Below, in pieces: positions 10,957 through 21,730 of a stretch of 64,000 nt of DNA (within the stretch, counting starts at the first letter, position 1; each line of letters opens with the position of its first letter). The stretch spans positions 194,250-258,249 of the forward strand of contig JAAHHJ010000006.1 in the NCBI GenBank assembly GCA_010692425.1, read 5' to 3'. The translations under genes were made by a program, and so were the position numbers. The notes beneath the pieces are model-generated. The model saw only the letters and a list, made by a program, of their open reading frames with translations. It did not search any database and was not told the origin of the DNA. Origin of the DNA: Symploca sp. SIO3C6 (lineage in GTDB: Bacteria; Cyanobacteriota; Cyanobacteriia; Cyanobacteriales; Coleofasciculaceae).

Positions 10957-13542
10957 ATGAAAACGCTTAATTTGTTGACTCGACCAATCATAAGATTGCG
11001 GCGAAAATCAGAGAATTTTCGCGCTTGGTTGTCATTCAGATTGTCTGAGTCCTCCTGTAGTCAATCTTCAGAAGACAAAACACTGCACGGCGATGTATCA
11101 GAGCAACACCCACAAGCGAAAATTTCCCCTCAACCCAGTAGCAACCCTTCTAGTTTGCTTCGCTCTCTTGCGTTTGTTCGTGGAGTTTCACCAACTGTGC
11201 TACGCAAACGTAAAAGTAAAAAACGTAGACCAGTAATGTTGCTCGTGGCAGTTATTTCCTTAACAAGTTTAATGGGAAATCACTTTTACGATCAACCGCA
11301 GCTGGATGTAGGCAAGCGAACTCCGCAAACAATTGTGGCACCAGCTGATGCTAATGTTGTAGACCTTAAAACTACTGAAGAAAGGCGTAAAGGTGCTCGT
11401 ACTGGTTCTTTCCCAGTGTTAATGATTGACCCATCTCTGACGCAAGAAATTAATCAGGATCTGGAGCGCTCTCTCGACAAAATTGAACAATTGCGAGAGA
11501 TTAGTGGCCCCTTTCCATTTGTAGATTCTGTGCTTTCAGATACTACTCAGCAGTATCTACGTCAGATTCAGGAGTCACAGTGGCAAGCTATTTTAAAGTT
11601 GGTAGAGTTTGAATCACATAGCAATCAATTTGAATGGGGACGGAAGCTACCTCCGCAGGCTCAAAGGCTCAACAACCTTTCCTATACTCAGGCAGTAAGT
11701 GAACTACAAAGCTATTATCAGCTATCTTCTCCTCAAGATTTTTCTCATCTGATTGATGCTATTAAGACGGCACGTGAACGTTATGCTAAAGCATTAAATC
11801 AGCTTGAAGAAGAAATACGCTCTCAATGGTCTCCACAGGAGGCAGCATCTAACCATCCCTACTATGCTTCTGTGCTGGAATTATCCGATGATCTCTGGCA
11901 AGAGACTAGAATTGGTATTGCCCAATCTTCAAAACGCATTCTCGCCCAGGGAATTCACCCAGGACTACCGCCCACTGTTCTAGAAAAAGCGGTGGAGATG
12001 CAAGTGAGTCCCCTAGTTAACCAGGAGGCTAAGCCTTTAGCAATTAAACTATTGACGAGTGCCTTAAAACCCAACTTAAAGGAAGATATAGAACAAACTA
12101 AACTCAGGGCCGAACAGGCAGCACAAGCGGTTGAACCCTTAATTGTTCCTATCAGAGAAGGGGAAGTGATTGTCGAAGCTGGAGAGAGGATTACTCAGGA
12201 AGATTTTGTGCTGCTAGATCATTTCGATTTGAGTCGCAGGGGTATCAATTGGTTAGGTTTGGTCGGATTTGGAGGTATTGTCACCAGTGCCATTGGGATT
12301 TTTTGGCTGGTAGAAAGGCAGATGCATCAGTGTCTGCGGCAGCGTGACCAGATTTTGATGTTGTTACTGACTTTGAGTACTCCAATCTTAATCAGCTTCA
12401 ATATCCCTTACACGAGCTTGCCAGCTATTGGTTTATTGGTAGGCAGCTTCTATGGTTCTACTTTGGGTGCAATTGTGGTCGTACTGCTGACGGGATTAGT
12501 CCGCATTAGCATGGATGTCGGCTGGGTTTATTTGCTGGCGGGTGCAGCTGGTGGAGTGCTAGGTGCTTTAATGTCTGGACAACTGCGATCGCGCGAGGAA
12601 CTTGCTCTGCTTGGCGTTGGAGTAGGATTAACTGAGGGCTTGGTCTACCTGATTCTCAACCTTATCCTCAGTGCCTCTGCTGGTGCGATCTGGTACACTG
12701 TCCTTCAAGAAGCTGTTTTGTACGGTTTAGCAGGTTTGTGTTGGTCTATTGTCGCGCTGGGAATATCTCCTTACCTGGAAAGCTTGTTTGATTTAGTAAC
12801 CCCAATTCGTCTGGCAGAATTGTCTAACCCTAACCGCCCTCTACTCAAGCGCTTAGCAACTCAAGCACCAGGAACTTTTCAACATACATTGTTTGTTGCT
12901 TCTCTAGCAGAAGCCGCAGCCAGAGAAATTCACTGCAATGTTGAACTGGTTCGCGCAGGAACTCTTTATCACGACATTGGGAAAATGCATGATCCCTTGG
13001 GTTTCATTGAAAACCAAATGGGAGGGCCCAATAAACACGATTTGATTAATGATCCCTGGAAAAGTGCTGAAATTATCAAAAAACATGTTACTGAAGGACT
13101 GGTGATGGCCCGCAGACACCAGTTGCCGAAAGCGATTAGAGACTTTATTCCAGAACACCAAGGAACCCTACTGATTTCCTATTTTTATTTCCAGGCTAAA
13201 CAAAGAGGTGAAAGTGAAGGTTATCCTCCTGTACACGAGTCTGATTTTCGCTACCACGGCCCCATTCCCCAGTCTAAGGAAACTGGCGTTGTTATGCTAG
13301 CTGATGCTTGTGAGGCAGCACTACGATCACTCCAAGACGTTACACCAGATACGGCTCTGAAGATGGTCAATAAAATCCTCAAAGCTCGCTGGCAGGATAA
13401 TCAACTTATAGATTCCGGGCTAACTCGAGAAGAATTATCAACTGTTGCCGAGGTATTTATCAAAGTTTGGCAACAGTATAATCACAAACGAATTGCTTAT
13501 CCAAAAGGAGCTCTCAATTACCCATCATCGGTGAAAAGTTGA
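10957..13542 (+). CDS. 7TM receptor with intracellular HD/HDIG phosphohydrolase domain (7TMR-HDED + 7TM + HD; PgpH/YqfF-like). The true start is possibly at Met 11236.
   Basis: Large extracytoplasmic N-terminal domain, a block of about 7 hydrophobic helices, and a C-terminal HD domain (HSLFVASLAEAAA...LYHDIGK). A K/R-rich stretch precedes the first TM. Confidence 0.8.
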   Translation: MKTLNLLTRPIIRLRRKSENFRAWLSFRLSESSCSQSSEDKTLHGDVSEQHPQAKISPQPSSNPSSLLRSLAFVRGVSPTVLRKRKSKKRRPVMLLVAVISLTSLMGNHFYDQPQLDVGKRTPQTIVAPADANVVDLKTTEERRKGARTGSFPVLMIDPSLTQEINQDLERSLDKIEQLREISGPFPFVDSVLSDTTQQYLRQIQESQWQAILKLVEFESHSNQFEWGRKLPPQAQRLNNLSYTQAVSELQSYYQLSSPQDFSHLIDAIKTARERYAKALNQLEEEIRSQWSPQEAASNHPYYASVLELSDDLWQETRIGIAQSSKRILAQGIHPGLPPTVLEKAVEMQVSPLVNQEAKPLAIKLLTSALKPNLKEDIEQTKLRAEQAAQAVEPLIVPIREGEVIVEAGERITQEDFVLLDHFDLSRRGINWLGLVGFGGIVTSAIGIFWLVERQMHQCLRQRDQILMLLLTLSTPILISFNIPYTSLPAIGLLVGSFYGSTLGAIVVVLLTGLVRISMDVGWVYLLAGAAGGVLGALMSGQLRSREELALLGVGVGLTEGLVYLILNLILSASAGAIWYTVLQEAVLYGLAGLCWSIVALGISPYLESLFDLVTPIRLAELSNPNRPLLKRLATQAPGTFQHTLFVASLAEAAAREIHCNVELVRAGTLYHDIGKMHDPLGFIENQMGGPNKHDLINDPWKSAEIIKKHVTEGLVMARRHQLPKAIRDFIPEHQGTLLISYFYFQAKQRGESEGYPPVHESDFRYHGPIPQSKETGVVMLADACEAALRSLQDVTPDTALKMVNKILKARWQDNQLIDSGLTREELSTVAEVFIKVWQQYNHKRIAYPKGALNYPSSVKS

Positions 13543-13600
13543 AGAAGGCTCCAGGGAAGGGGGAAGAAGGATGTGAAAGTTTGGGAGGTTTGGGAAGGGT

Positions 13601-13647
13601 GGGAGAAATCTTGAATACAAAAATCTCCCTTCTCTTCCTTTTTTCTC
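13601..13647 (+). terminator. Probable intrinsic terminator after the 7TM-HD gene
   Basis: GGGAGA...TCTCCC stem followed by TTCTCTTCCTTTTTTCTC. Confidence 0.4.
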
Positions 13648-13736
13648 TATGCTCACACACTCTGTTGTCTTACCCTCTCCCCTGAAGCCATTGAATGCTT
13701 TTCTAAATGGGTCAGAGCCTATTAAAGAGTGGTGTC

Positions 13737-14339
13737 TCAATTTGCTCCTTCAAAGTGTAAACGACCACTGCCTAGATAAAGACCAAGACTATTTTCCCCC
13801 GGAGAAAAGACAGTGACACCAAATTGATAAATACCGCCAAAACGAGGATTTTCTAAAGCTCTGAGGGAAACTGTCACTGTATTACCAGGTTCAATAGGCT
13901 TGTCAAACACTACGGTTACTTCGTTAGAGTCAGAAGGATTACCACCGCCAATACTGGCGAGAGAAACCGAAGGTCCACCGGCAAAACTGTCGCCAATAAA
14001 GGCTCTGCTCTTACTAATGTCAAATTTGATTGTATCTACATTCTTCTTCTGGGAAATTGTGACAGCTTGCAAAGGTTCTCCAGCATTCTCAGGCACAACA
14101 ATTGTAAACTGATAAATTGCTGAACCACTTCCTCGGTTACTATTAGCTGAACGGATTAAACGAGGAGCGCTTTCAAAGAAAGTTTGCCCTTGACCCAGTT
14201 CAACTGCTCTAGTTGGTAAAGTTGTTAGGGCAGTGGGCAACAATATCCCTAACAATAAAGTACTAGTACCTAGAAAATGGCTTGAAGGCGAAGGGTCGAC
14301 AAATCTTACAAATCTTCTAAACATTTTACTAACTCCCAA
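13737..14339 (-). CDS. Secreted or exported hypothetical protein, possibly DUF2808 family
   Basis: 200 aa. Hydrophobic N-terminal segment and a Gly/Ser-rich beta-type sequence (GGIYQFGVTVFSPGENSLGLYLGSGRL). The family assignment is from memory only. Confidence 0.5.
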   Translation of the reverse strand: MGVSKMFRRFVRFVDPSPSSHFLGTSTLLLGILLPTALTTLPTRAVELGQGQTFFESAPRLIRSANSNRGSGSAIYQFTIVVPENAGEPLQAVTISQKKNVDTIKFDISKSRAFIGDSFAGGPSVSLASIGGGNPSDSNEVTVVFDKPIEPGNTVTVSLRALENPRFGGIYQFGVTVFSPGENSLGLYLGSGRLHFEGAN

Positions 14340-14918
14340 TCAGCAGTAAACAGCTAAAGGTTCACAGTTGACAGTTAATAATCTAGAAATAGCTTTTAGT
14401 TCCAACAAATTGGTTCTACAAAAATCTGGCAAAGTTGTTTAACATCAACTGTAAACGATTATTAAGTATTCGGACATAAACAATGGATACTTAAACAATT
14501 TCAGTTTTACACTCTATGATTATTTTAAGATATTTAAATGAGAATTTCCTGAGAGGCTAATGATAATTGAATAAGGTTTGTAATAATAAAAACTCTACCA
14601 TTTTAAGCTTCTGAAATGGTAACGACTCACAGTAAAAACCAGGACTTTTTGAAAATCCAGTGACTCACAAATCCCAGCAGTTGAAGTGGATTAGCAGACA
14701 AGGGAACTCTGAGACTATGATTGAGTTTCAGTAGCTTAGAGCTAGGGATGGTAGAAAAATCACCAACTCCTTGAATCCATCATCTCAGTCAATGGATAGG
14801 ATAGATTTCTTCAATTCTACACAATTAGGATTTTTTAATACGAAAAAACAAGATATTTGGGAGATTTTCCCTGAGGATGAGCCTGTTGTCATTAGCAGTT
14901 TTTGGCTTAGATGTAGAG

Positions 14919-14965
14919 ATCTAGATCACTGAGTTGATGGCATCTAGATCACTGAGCTGATGCAA
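14919..14965. repeat. 24-bp tandem direct repeat (x2) in a 1.3-kb non-coding region
   Basis: atctagatcactgagttgatggc / atctagatcactgagctgatgca. Confidence 0.6.
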
Positions 14966-15621
14966 TTTTGATCTCATGATCCTATAAATCTCTATCTAAG
15001 GAGATGTAGCTATCTACAGTTGTAAAGGCATCAGCAGACAGCTACTCAACCAAACCCAATCTCTGCAGATATTAGCGGCTTAGATTTCGTTCCTAAGACC
15101 GCTTCCCATCTCCAACCGCGAAGAGGAACTATTTTTCATGGCTAACTCAGTTTCCTTAAATGGAAAAAGAGAACATCAACTGAAATTACTGGCAATAGAG
15201 GTCTATTCCAGAGGATGCGGCAGGTTTTCTGCCTTCAAGCGGCAATGGATACTTCAGGGGTTTATGCCCAAGAATCAACTATAACACAGATTACCCAAAA
15301 CTGAGCACTCATCTCTAAGTTGTAATTGCTCCATACTCAAATTCCAAGTAACCTCAATTAATTTGGCTCAAAACTTCCAGAACCGAGAAGATAGACCAGG
15401 CAACAAATTTAGTTGACTTGGGTCAATTACCTACTTTTGTAAGGACTGTCTTCGATGTCATGAGATAACTTCTTAAACCTCCTGTTATTTTTTGGGACTT
15501 GAACAGGGGAAGAGCGCAATTAAAACAATTCTGTGAAAGCTAGCTGCTCTAGTGGCTCCCCACTGAGTTTCATCAGTCAGTATCTTTTCATCGCCATACA
15601 TTAGGACAGTTTCTGATTATT

Positions 15622-16029
15622 TTGATCAAATTAATGAGTTCTCAAGAAATAGATGACCAGGCTCTCCTGGCAAATAACTCTCAATTAATTGCTGCCCTAG
15701 CTTGGCAAGGTTATCAACAAGAAGGGCGTGGTGTTGTCTTCATTGATACAACAGCAACAATACCTTCCCAGATCAAATCAAGCGATTGTCGCCAAATTTC
15801 TTTTATATACTTCGGAGAAAATGGCTTCCTTTCCCGAGGAGACCTAAAAATCTGGTTGGACACAAGTATCGGTAGCCGGCTCCAAGAGTACGACCCTACC
15901 AAAGAAGTCTTGTGTCTGATTTGTAATCCACTCAAGATTCGGTTTGTACGATTTCATCCTCAAAGCGTACCACCGCCGCAAGCATACCAAAAACTCAAAA
16001 ATCGCCTGAGTGAGTTTCGGATTTTCTAG
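15622..16029 (+). CDS. Hypothetical protein
   Basis: 135-aa ORF with a protein-like composition. No motif recognised. Confidence 0.35.
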   Translation: MIKLMSSQEIDDQALLANNSQLIAALAWQGYQQEGRGVVFIDTTATIPSQIKSSDCRQISFIYFGENGFLSRGDLKIWLDTSIGSRLQEYDPTKEVLCLICNPLKIRFVRFHPQSVPPPQAYQKLKNRLSEFRIF

Positions 16030-16059
16030 CTTTTCTCAGCTTGGGGATAATTTTGCATC

Positions 16060-17154
16060 TCAATTGCTATTATTACTATTAAAGGCGCGGAGTGCCACAA
16101 TTACAAGCGTGATCACTGTCAAGGGCATCACAAAGGTAAGCATGATCTCGCTGAAAGCAGCTAGGGCATTGTGTTCAGTCGCATGAAGGAATAAATAAAG
16201 CGTATAGGCAATGTAATACCCGAGAAAGAGAAATCCCTCCCAACGGGCAATCCGATAACCGCTAAAGAAAATTGGCAGGCAAGCGATCGCTACGGCAATC
16301 ATTACCGGGATGTCGAAATGGAGGGCTGGTGATGGTACAATCACGCCATTAGGTGCAATTAGACCAGAAAGACCCAAGACTAACAAGATATTGAAAATAT
16401 TACTGCCGATCGCATTGCCGACAGCAAGGTCTCTCTCTCCACGGATTGTGGCAGCGACGGAGGTAGCAAGTTCCGGTAGAGAAGTGCCAATAGCAACTAT
16501 CGTTAATCCAATAATCAACTCACCTACTCCCAAAATTTGTGCTACTTTAACTGCCCCATCAATCAGCCAACCTGAACCGAGTAATAACATGACCATGCCA
16601 ATAACGATCATCCCCACTTGCATCAGAGTCTGCCGAAAGCCTTGATTAGAACTAGTATTTCCCTGCTCCTGGTTAGCTTCTGATTGAGAGCGTTGATTTT
16701 CTTGGCGACTCTTATAGATAGTTAAGAAGGTGTAAATAACTGCCCCAGCACAGAGAATGAGTCCATCGAGTTTGCCAAGTTTGCCGTCGATGCCCATTAA
16801 CATTAGCAGAAAAGAGATGCCGATCATCAAAGGTATCTCTAGCCGCACCAACTGTCGTGAGACTACTAGCGGTGCAATCACCGCTGAGAAGCCCAGAATC
16901 AGTAAAATATTAGAGATATTGCTTCCCACTACATTGCCGACGGCTAGATCGGATTTCCCCTCCCAGCTCGAGAGTACAGCCACAAATATTTCAGGCGAAC
17001 TGGTACCATAGGCTACTATAGTCAGCCCAATCACCAACTGGGAAACACCAGCAGCAATAGCTAATCCACATGCGCCTTGCACCAGAATATCCGCGCCGAC
17101 GACCAAGAGGACAAACCCACTAAGAAACAAAAGCAAGGTAACTGTATCCATCAA
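16060..17154 (-). CDS. Ca2+/Na+(H+) antiporter, CaCA family (YrbG-like)
   Basis: 364 aa. Two alpha-repeat signatures, GNVVGSNISNILLILG and GNAIGSNIFNILLVLG, within 10-11 TM helices and an acidic central loop. Confidence 0.85.
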   Translation of the reverse strand: MMDTVTLLLFLSGFVLLVVGADILVQGACGLAIAAGVSQLVIGLTIVAYGTSSPEIFVAVLSSWEGKSDLAVGNVVGSNISNILLILGFSAVIAPLVVSRQLVRLEIPLMIGISFLLMLMGIDGKLGKLDGLILCAGAVIYTFLTIYKSRQENQRSQSEANQEQGNTSSNQGFRQTLMQVGMIVIGMVMLLLGSGWLIDGAVKVAQILGVGELIIGLTIVAIGTSLPELATSVAATIRGERDLAVGNAIGSNIFNILLVLGLSGLIAPNGVIVPSPALHFDIPVMIAVAIACLPIFFSGYRIARWEGFLFLGYYIAYTLYLFLHATEHNALAAFSEIMLTFVMPLTVITLVIVALRAFNSNNSN

Positions 17155-17326
17155 TTATCGTCGGGTGGGTAATTAGATCCTAAACTAATAAGATACTTCG
17201 CCAACAGGCCTCAAGTAAACACCAGTTAGTTGCTTACAGAAAAACGAGCTGCATCCCACGTCTTTTCGCTGTTTTCAAAAAACATTTGTCAATTCTCATC
17301 ATTAAGGGTTATACTAGCAAAAGCGG

Positions 17327-17403
<77 letters not shown>

Positions 17404-17482
17404 AATTCAAAGTTAAGCAAGCCCTGCAACTTTAGTGAATGCGGGGCTTTGCTATAGGGATGCACGGCAGCCCTAGTTAAAT

Positions 17483-18976
17483 TCAAAATTGGCGTGACCA
17501 ATAGTTTGGCCAACGCTCAACCACAACTTTTGTTTGAGTAAAAAATTCTACTGCTTGCCTACCTTGACCGTGTAAGTCTCCATAGAAGCTATCTTTCCAA
17601 CCACTAAAGGGGAAAAATGCCATTGGTGCAGCTACGCCGATATTAATACCTATATTACCAGCCTCGGCTTGATAACGAAACTGCCGCGCTGCTGCTCCAC
17701 TGCTGGTGAATAAACAAGCCATATTTCCCCACTTACTGCTGTTGACTAGAGCAATTGCTTCTTCAATCGTCTCTACATGCATCAGACCTAAAACAGGCCC
17801 AAAGACCTCATGGTGAGCAATTGTACTCTTGGGGTTGACATTTTGCAGAACTGTTGGTCGAATAAAGTTACCTTGTTCGTAACCTGGAATTTTTGTGCCT
17901 CGTCCATCTACCAAGACCTGTGCACCTTCGTCTACTCCTTGCTCAATTAACTGCTCAATCCGAACTTGGCTTTGGCGAGTAATGACTGGACCCATTTGTA
18001 CTCCCTGATCCAAGCCATAGCCCACTACCCTAGTTTGTGCTGCGGTTGCAATTGCCTCAGAGAAACGATGGCGTGCCTCTCCTACAGTCACAGCCAAAGA
18101 AGCTGCCAGACAACGTTGTCCAGCACAGCCAAAAGCACTATCAGCAGTAATCCGAGTAGTCATCTCCAGATCCGCATCCGGTAGAATAACAATCGGGTTT
18201 TTGGCACCTCCTTGACATTGCACCCGCTTGCCATAGGCTGCACCTTGACTATAGACATAATGAGCTACGGGGGAAGAACCAACAAAGCTAATGGCACGGA
18301 TACTGGGGTGTTCTAAAATCGCATCAACAACTTCTTTAGCACCATTGACTAGATTAACAACACCTTGGGGCAATGCTGTTGCCTCTAGTAACTCAAAAAC
18401 CTTTTGCATCGTTAGCGGCACCTTCTCAGAAGGTTTAATAATTACCGTATTGCCACAAGCGATCGCATAGGGGAAAAACCAGAAGGGAATCATGCCAGGG
18501 AAATTAAAGGGACAAATTACTGCACTCACTCCCACGGGTTGACGAATCATAATTTCATCAATCCCCCTGGCAATATCTTCGAGGTTGTAACCCTGCATGA
18601 GGGTGGGGATTCCACAGGCAACTTCCACATTCTCAATGGCTCGTTGCCATTCTCCTTTGGACTCAGCTAGGGTTTTACCGCATTCGAGGGTAATGGTGCG
18701 GGCTAAGTCTTCTAAATTTTCTTCTAAAAGGGATTTGAGTTTGAATAGATATTGTACTCTTTGAGTCGGTGGGGTACGCCGCCAGTTGACGAAGGCAGCA
18801 GCAGCAGCAGTGGCGGCAGAATCTAGTTCCTCCTTTGGTGAAAGAGGAACTTGGGACAAAATAGAAGTAGTGGCAGGGTTAACCACTTCGAGAAATTCGG
18901 TAGCTTTTGAGGTAGACCACTCCCCATTGATGTAGTTGAGTAAAGGTTTTTGAGGATGCAAAGTTATTTTTCCCAA
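17483..18976 (-). CDS. mmsA: CoA-acylating methylmalonate-semialdehyde dehydrogenase (aldehyde dehydrogenase family)
   Basis: 497 aa. N-terminus NYINGEW, catalytic Cys region FGCAGQRC and Glu region typical of ALDH/MMSDH. Confidence 0.8.
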   Translation of the reverse strand: MGKITLHPQKPLLNYINGEWSTSKATEFLEVVNPATTSILSQVPLSPKEELDSAATAAAAAFVNWRRTPPTQRVQYLFKLKSLLEENLEDLARTITLECGKTLAESKGEWQRAIENVEVACGIPTLMQGYNLEDIARGIDEIMIRQPVGVSAVICPFNFPGMIPFWFFPYAIACGNTVIIKPSEKVPLTMQKVFELLEATALPQGVVNLVNGAKEVVDAILEHPSIRAISFVGSSPVAHYVYSQGAAYGKRVQCQGGAKNPIVILPDADLEMTTRITADSAFGCAGQRCLAASLAVTVGEARHRFSEAIATAAQTRVVGYGLDQGVQMGPVITRQSQVRIEQLIEQGVDEGAQVLVDGRGTKIPGYEQGNFIRPTVLQNVNPKSTIAHHEVFGPVLGLMHVETIEEAIALVNSSKWGNMACLFTSSGAAARQFRYQAEAGNIGINIGVAAPMAFFPFSGWKDSFYGDLHGQGRQAVEFFTQTKVVVERWPNYWSRQF

Positions 18977-19662
18977 ATTTGTTATTAAAGCATCCTACTA
19001 CTCTAAAGCTACTCTCAAGAGTATAAGGGGATGGGAGATTGACACTCCTCCTCCTAGAAGTAGGGGGATTCTTAGCTCAACGACATGCCTTAAAACTATT
19101 TATCCTTGCGGCAATACTTAAACCGAATACCCGTACACAAAAGCACCAAGCATCAAGCCTAATTTAGATAGTCCCAGTGGGCGCATCTCCCTAAGCGTTA
19201 GGAATTCATTGGGAGTGCTTTATAAACTTTTCCTCCCTAGTTCCTAGTTTCCACCGAGTCTAACTTCTTGAACTGGCAATTAACGCGCCTCGGTGCGCGC
19301 CCTGCGGTACTGTATGTATTGATTTTTTCTTTACTGGTGGCACTAATTGGTAGTTAGCTTGGTTTTTAGAGTGGAGCTTCCCTGCCCACGCTTGCATTAC
19401 TACTTTCCAATCCCTAAGAGTACGGTACCCGTATATTTTCCTCTAGTTGGCGGTTTCTCAGCCTGTACCATTGGTATAGTATAGCAATATAGTTGTGGCG
19501 TGTTAAAGTCACGCACACCTACGGTGCTAGCGCTACATCCAGCACCTAGAAGGAGGGGGCTTTGCTTAAATTTTGGTCAACACAGAGAAGATTAGCATAG
19601 AGATACATTAGATAAAGCTTCGGTGCATTTTATTTTAGTAAGCGTAGCCTTGGGAGGGAAAG

Positions 19663-21150
19663 ATGCCTGTTAAATTACGACGACCGATTTTAGTAGGAGG
19701 AGTTGGTCTGTCGTTTTTGCTCTGGCTGTTGCAGAGCATTCATGAAGAGGTGGTAGAATTAGGCGAACTTGGAGTCTTAGGATTAGTTGTCGTTGGCAGT
19801 TGGTTCTGGTTGTTTGGTTCTAGAAAGCCTAAGGAAATCGAGTTTACTCCAGTACCATCTACACTAGACCGGGAAACAGTTACAAAAGCGATCGCTAAAT
19901 CAGAAAGCCTAATTAACCATTTGGAATCAGAAACCGAGGATAAGCAAATTGTTACTCAGCTACGAGAGCAGCTTGCCCAGCTCTTAACTGAGTTAGACAG
20001 GCAGGAAATCAAGCTAGCTATTACTGGTGGCAAAAGTTGTGGTAAAACCGCTCTGAGGCAATTACTGGCATCTAACTGGTTGCCTCAGCAACAGCAAAGT
20101 CTCAGCTTGACAGAAACACCGGCACTATTTGAAAGTAATGATGCTGATTTAGATGCCCAAGCTAAAGTTGAGCAAGTAACCAATTCCTCAGACTTAGTTT
20201 TATTTGTCACTGCTGGAGATTTGACTGACACTGAGTTGCAAATATTGCAGCAACTGGCGGCAGCGAAACAGCGAATCTTACTGATATTAAATAAGCAAGA
20301 CCAGTATTTACCTACAGCCCAAGTGCTGATTTTACAGCAACTGCGGCAACGCGTCGGAGAAATATTGACAGCAGAGGATGTAATCAGTGTAGCTTCGTCT
20401 CCTGTACCAGTGAAGGTGCGCCAACATCAGGCAGATGGTTCAGTAAAGGAATGGATGGAACCCCAACAACCGGATTTGGAAGTACTAACTCATCACTTAA
20501 GTCAAATTATTGCTCAAGAAGGGCAACAATTAATTTGGGCAAGTACAATCAGAGCTGCAGTAGTGTTAGGAACCTCTGCCCAGACAGCATTAAATCAAGT
20601 AAGACGTCATCACTCCCTACCAGTAATTGAACAGTATCAGTGGATTGCTGCGGCTGCTGCTTTTGCTAATCCAGTGCCAGCACTAGATTTACTGGCAACA
20701 GCTGCGATTAGTTCCCAGTTAGTTATAGAACTTGGCAGTATTTATCAGCAAAAATTTTCTCTTTCCCAGGCTCAAGCTGCCGCTAAAACCTTAGGCAGTT
20801 TGATGGTAAAACTGGGTTTAGTCGAACTTTCAACTCAGGCAATTGGCACTATTCTTAAAACTAATACTTTTACTTATGTTGCTGGTGGAACTTTGCAGGG
20901 AGTTAGTGCTGCTTACCTGACCAGATTAGCAGGTCTAAGTTTGATAGAGTACTTCCAAGAGCAGGAGTATAGTGAGGAGGCTGCAGCCGGGCAACCCTTA
21001 AATTTCGATAGTATTCGCCAGAAACTACAAACAGTTTTCCAACAAAATCAACGTACTGCTATCTTACAAACTTTTGTTAAAAAAGCCGTTGGATATATTA
21101 TGCCAGAATCATCCCAGACTCAACTGAGTAGTTCTGAAACAAAGGCTTGA
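19663..21150 (+). CDS. Membrane-anchored P-loop GTPase with C-terminal DUF697 (YcjF-like) domain
   Basis: 495 aa. Two N-terminal TM helices; G1 motif GGKSCGKT; G4 motif NKQD; a C-terminal hydrophobic/amphipathic region resembling DUF697. Confidence 0.7.
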   Translation: MPVKLRRPILVGGVGLSFLLWLLQSIHEEVVELGELGVLGLVVVGSWFWLFGSRKPKEIEFTPVPSTLDRETVTKAIAKSESLINHLESETEDKQIVTQLREQLAQLLTELDRQEIKLAITGGKSCGKTALRQLLASNWLPQQQQSLSLTETPALFESNDADLDAQAKVEQVTNSSDLVLFVTAGDLTDTELQILQQLAAAKQRILLILNKQDQYLPTAQVLILQQLRQRVGEILTAEDVISVASSPVPVKVRQHQADGSVKEWMEPQQPDLEVLTHHLSQIIAQEGQQLIWASTIRAAVVLGTSAQTALNQVRRHHSLPVIEQYQWIAAAAAFANPVPALDLLATAAISSQLVIELGSIYQQKFSLSQAQAAAKTLGSLMVKLGLVELSTQAIGTILKTNTFTYVAGGTLQGVSAAYLTRLAGLSLIEYFQEQEYSEEAAAGQPLNFDSIRQKLQTVFQQNQRTAILQTFVKKAVGYIMPESSQTQLSSSETKA

Positions 21151-21730
21151 AAGATGTGAGGCTAGAAAACTAAAGATATTGGCAGCAAAGGCTTAATTTA
21201 CCTAGCATCAGATAATTTGGACCCACGGTATTAGCTACAATACTCAAGTTTTTTCCGAGATATTCTCAAAGTATAGCAGTCGCCACAACTGTTAGGACAC
21301 TTTCACGGTTCCCTGTTAAGAGTTCCCTTTGAATCAAAATAGGATGTCCTAACAGATATGTCTGTTGCTATATAAATTATTATAATATTTTTTATCAAGA
21401 CTTTATAAAAAATTATCTGAACAGATCAAAATCTATTACCAATTTATTCCTATTTTTTAAAAAAAATATGCACACAAAATCTGCCAATCTGGCAGCATAA
21501 CTATGTTCAAATAATTTTTAATTGTTTTTAGTTGACGTTTCTGTTCAAATAGCTTTTAATTACGTTTAGTAGATATAGATATTTTCATTGCTTACTATAA
21601 ATGCTGTTTGAGCTTCTCCTAATAATCAGATGAATTGTAAATCGATGTTTGATTCTATTTTCTGAAATTAATATTACCTGAATTTTTAAATTCAAATTGC
21701 AATTTTAAAAACTAAAGTAGCTTCAGAACA

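Noticed and set aside
16310-17011. Two plus-strand ORFs (111 aa, 84 aa)
   Set aside because: They are embedded antisense within the CaCA antiporter gene, whose alpha-repeat motifs confirm the minus-strand frame.
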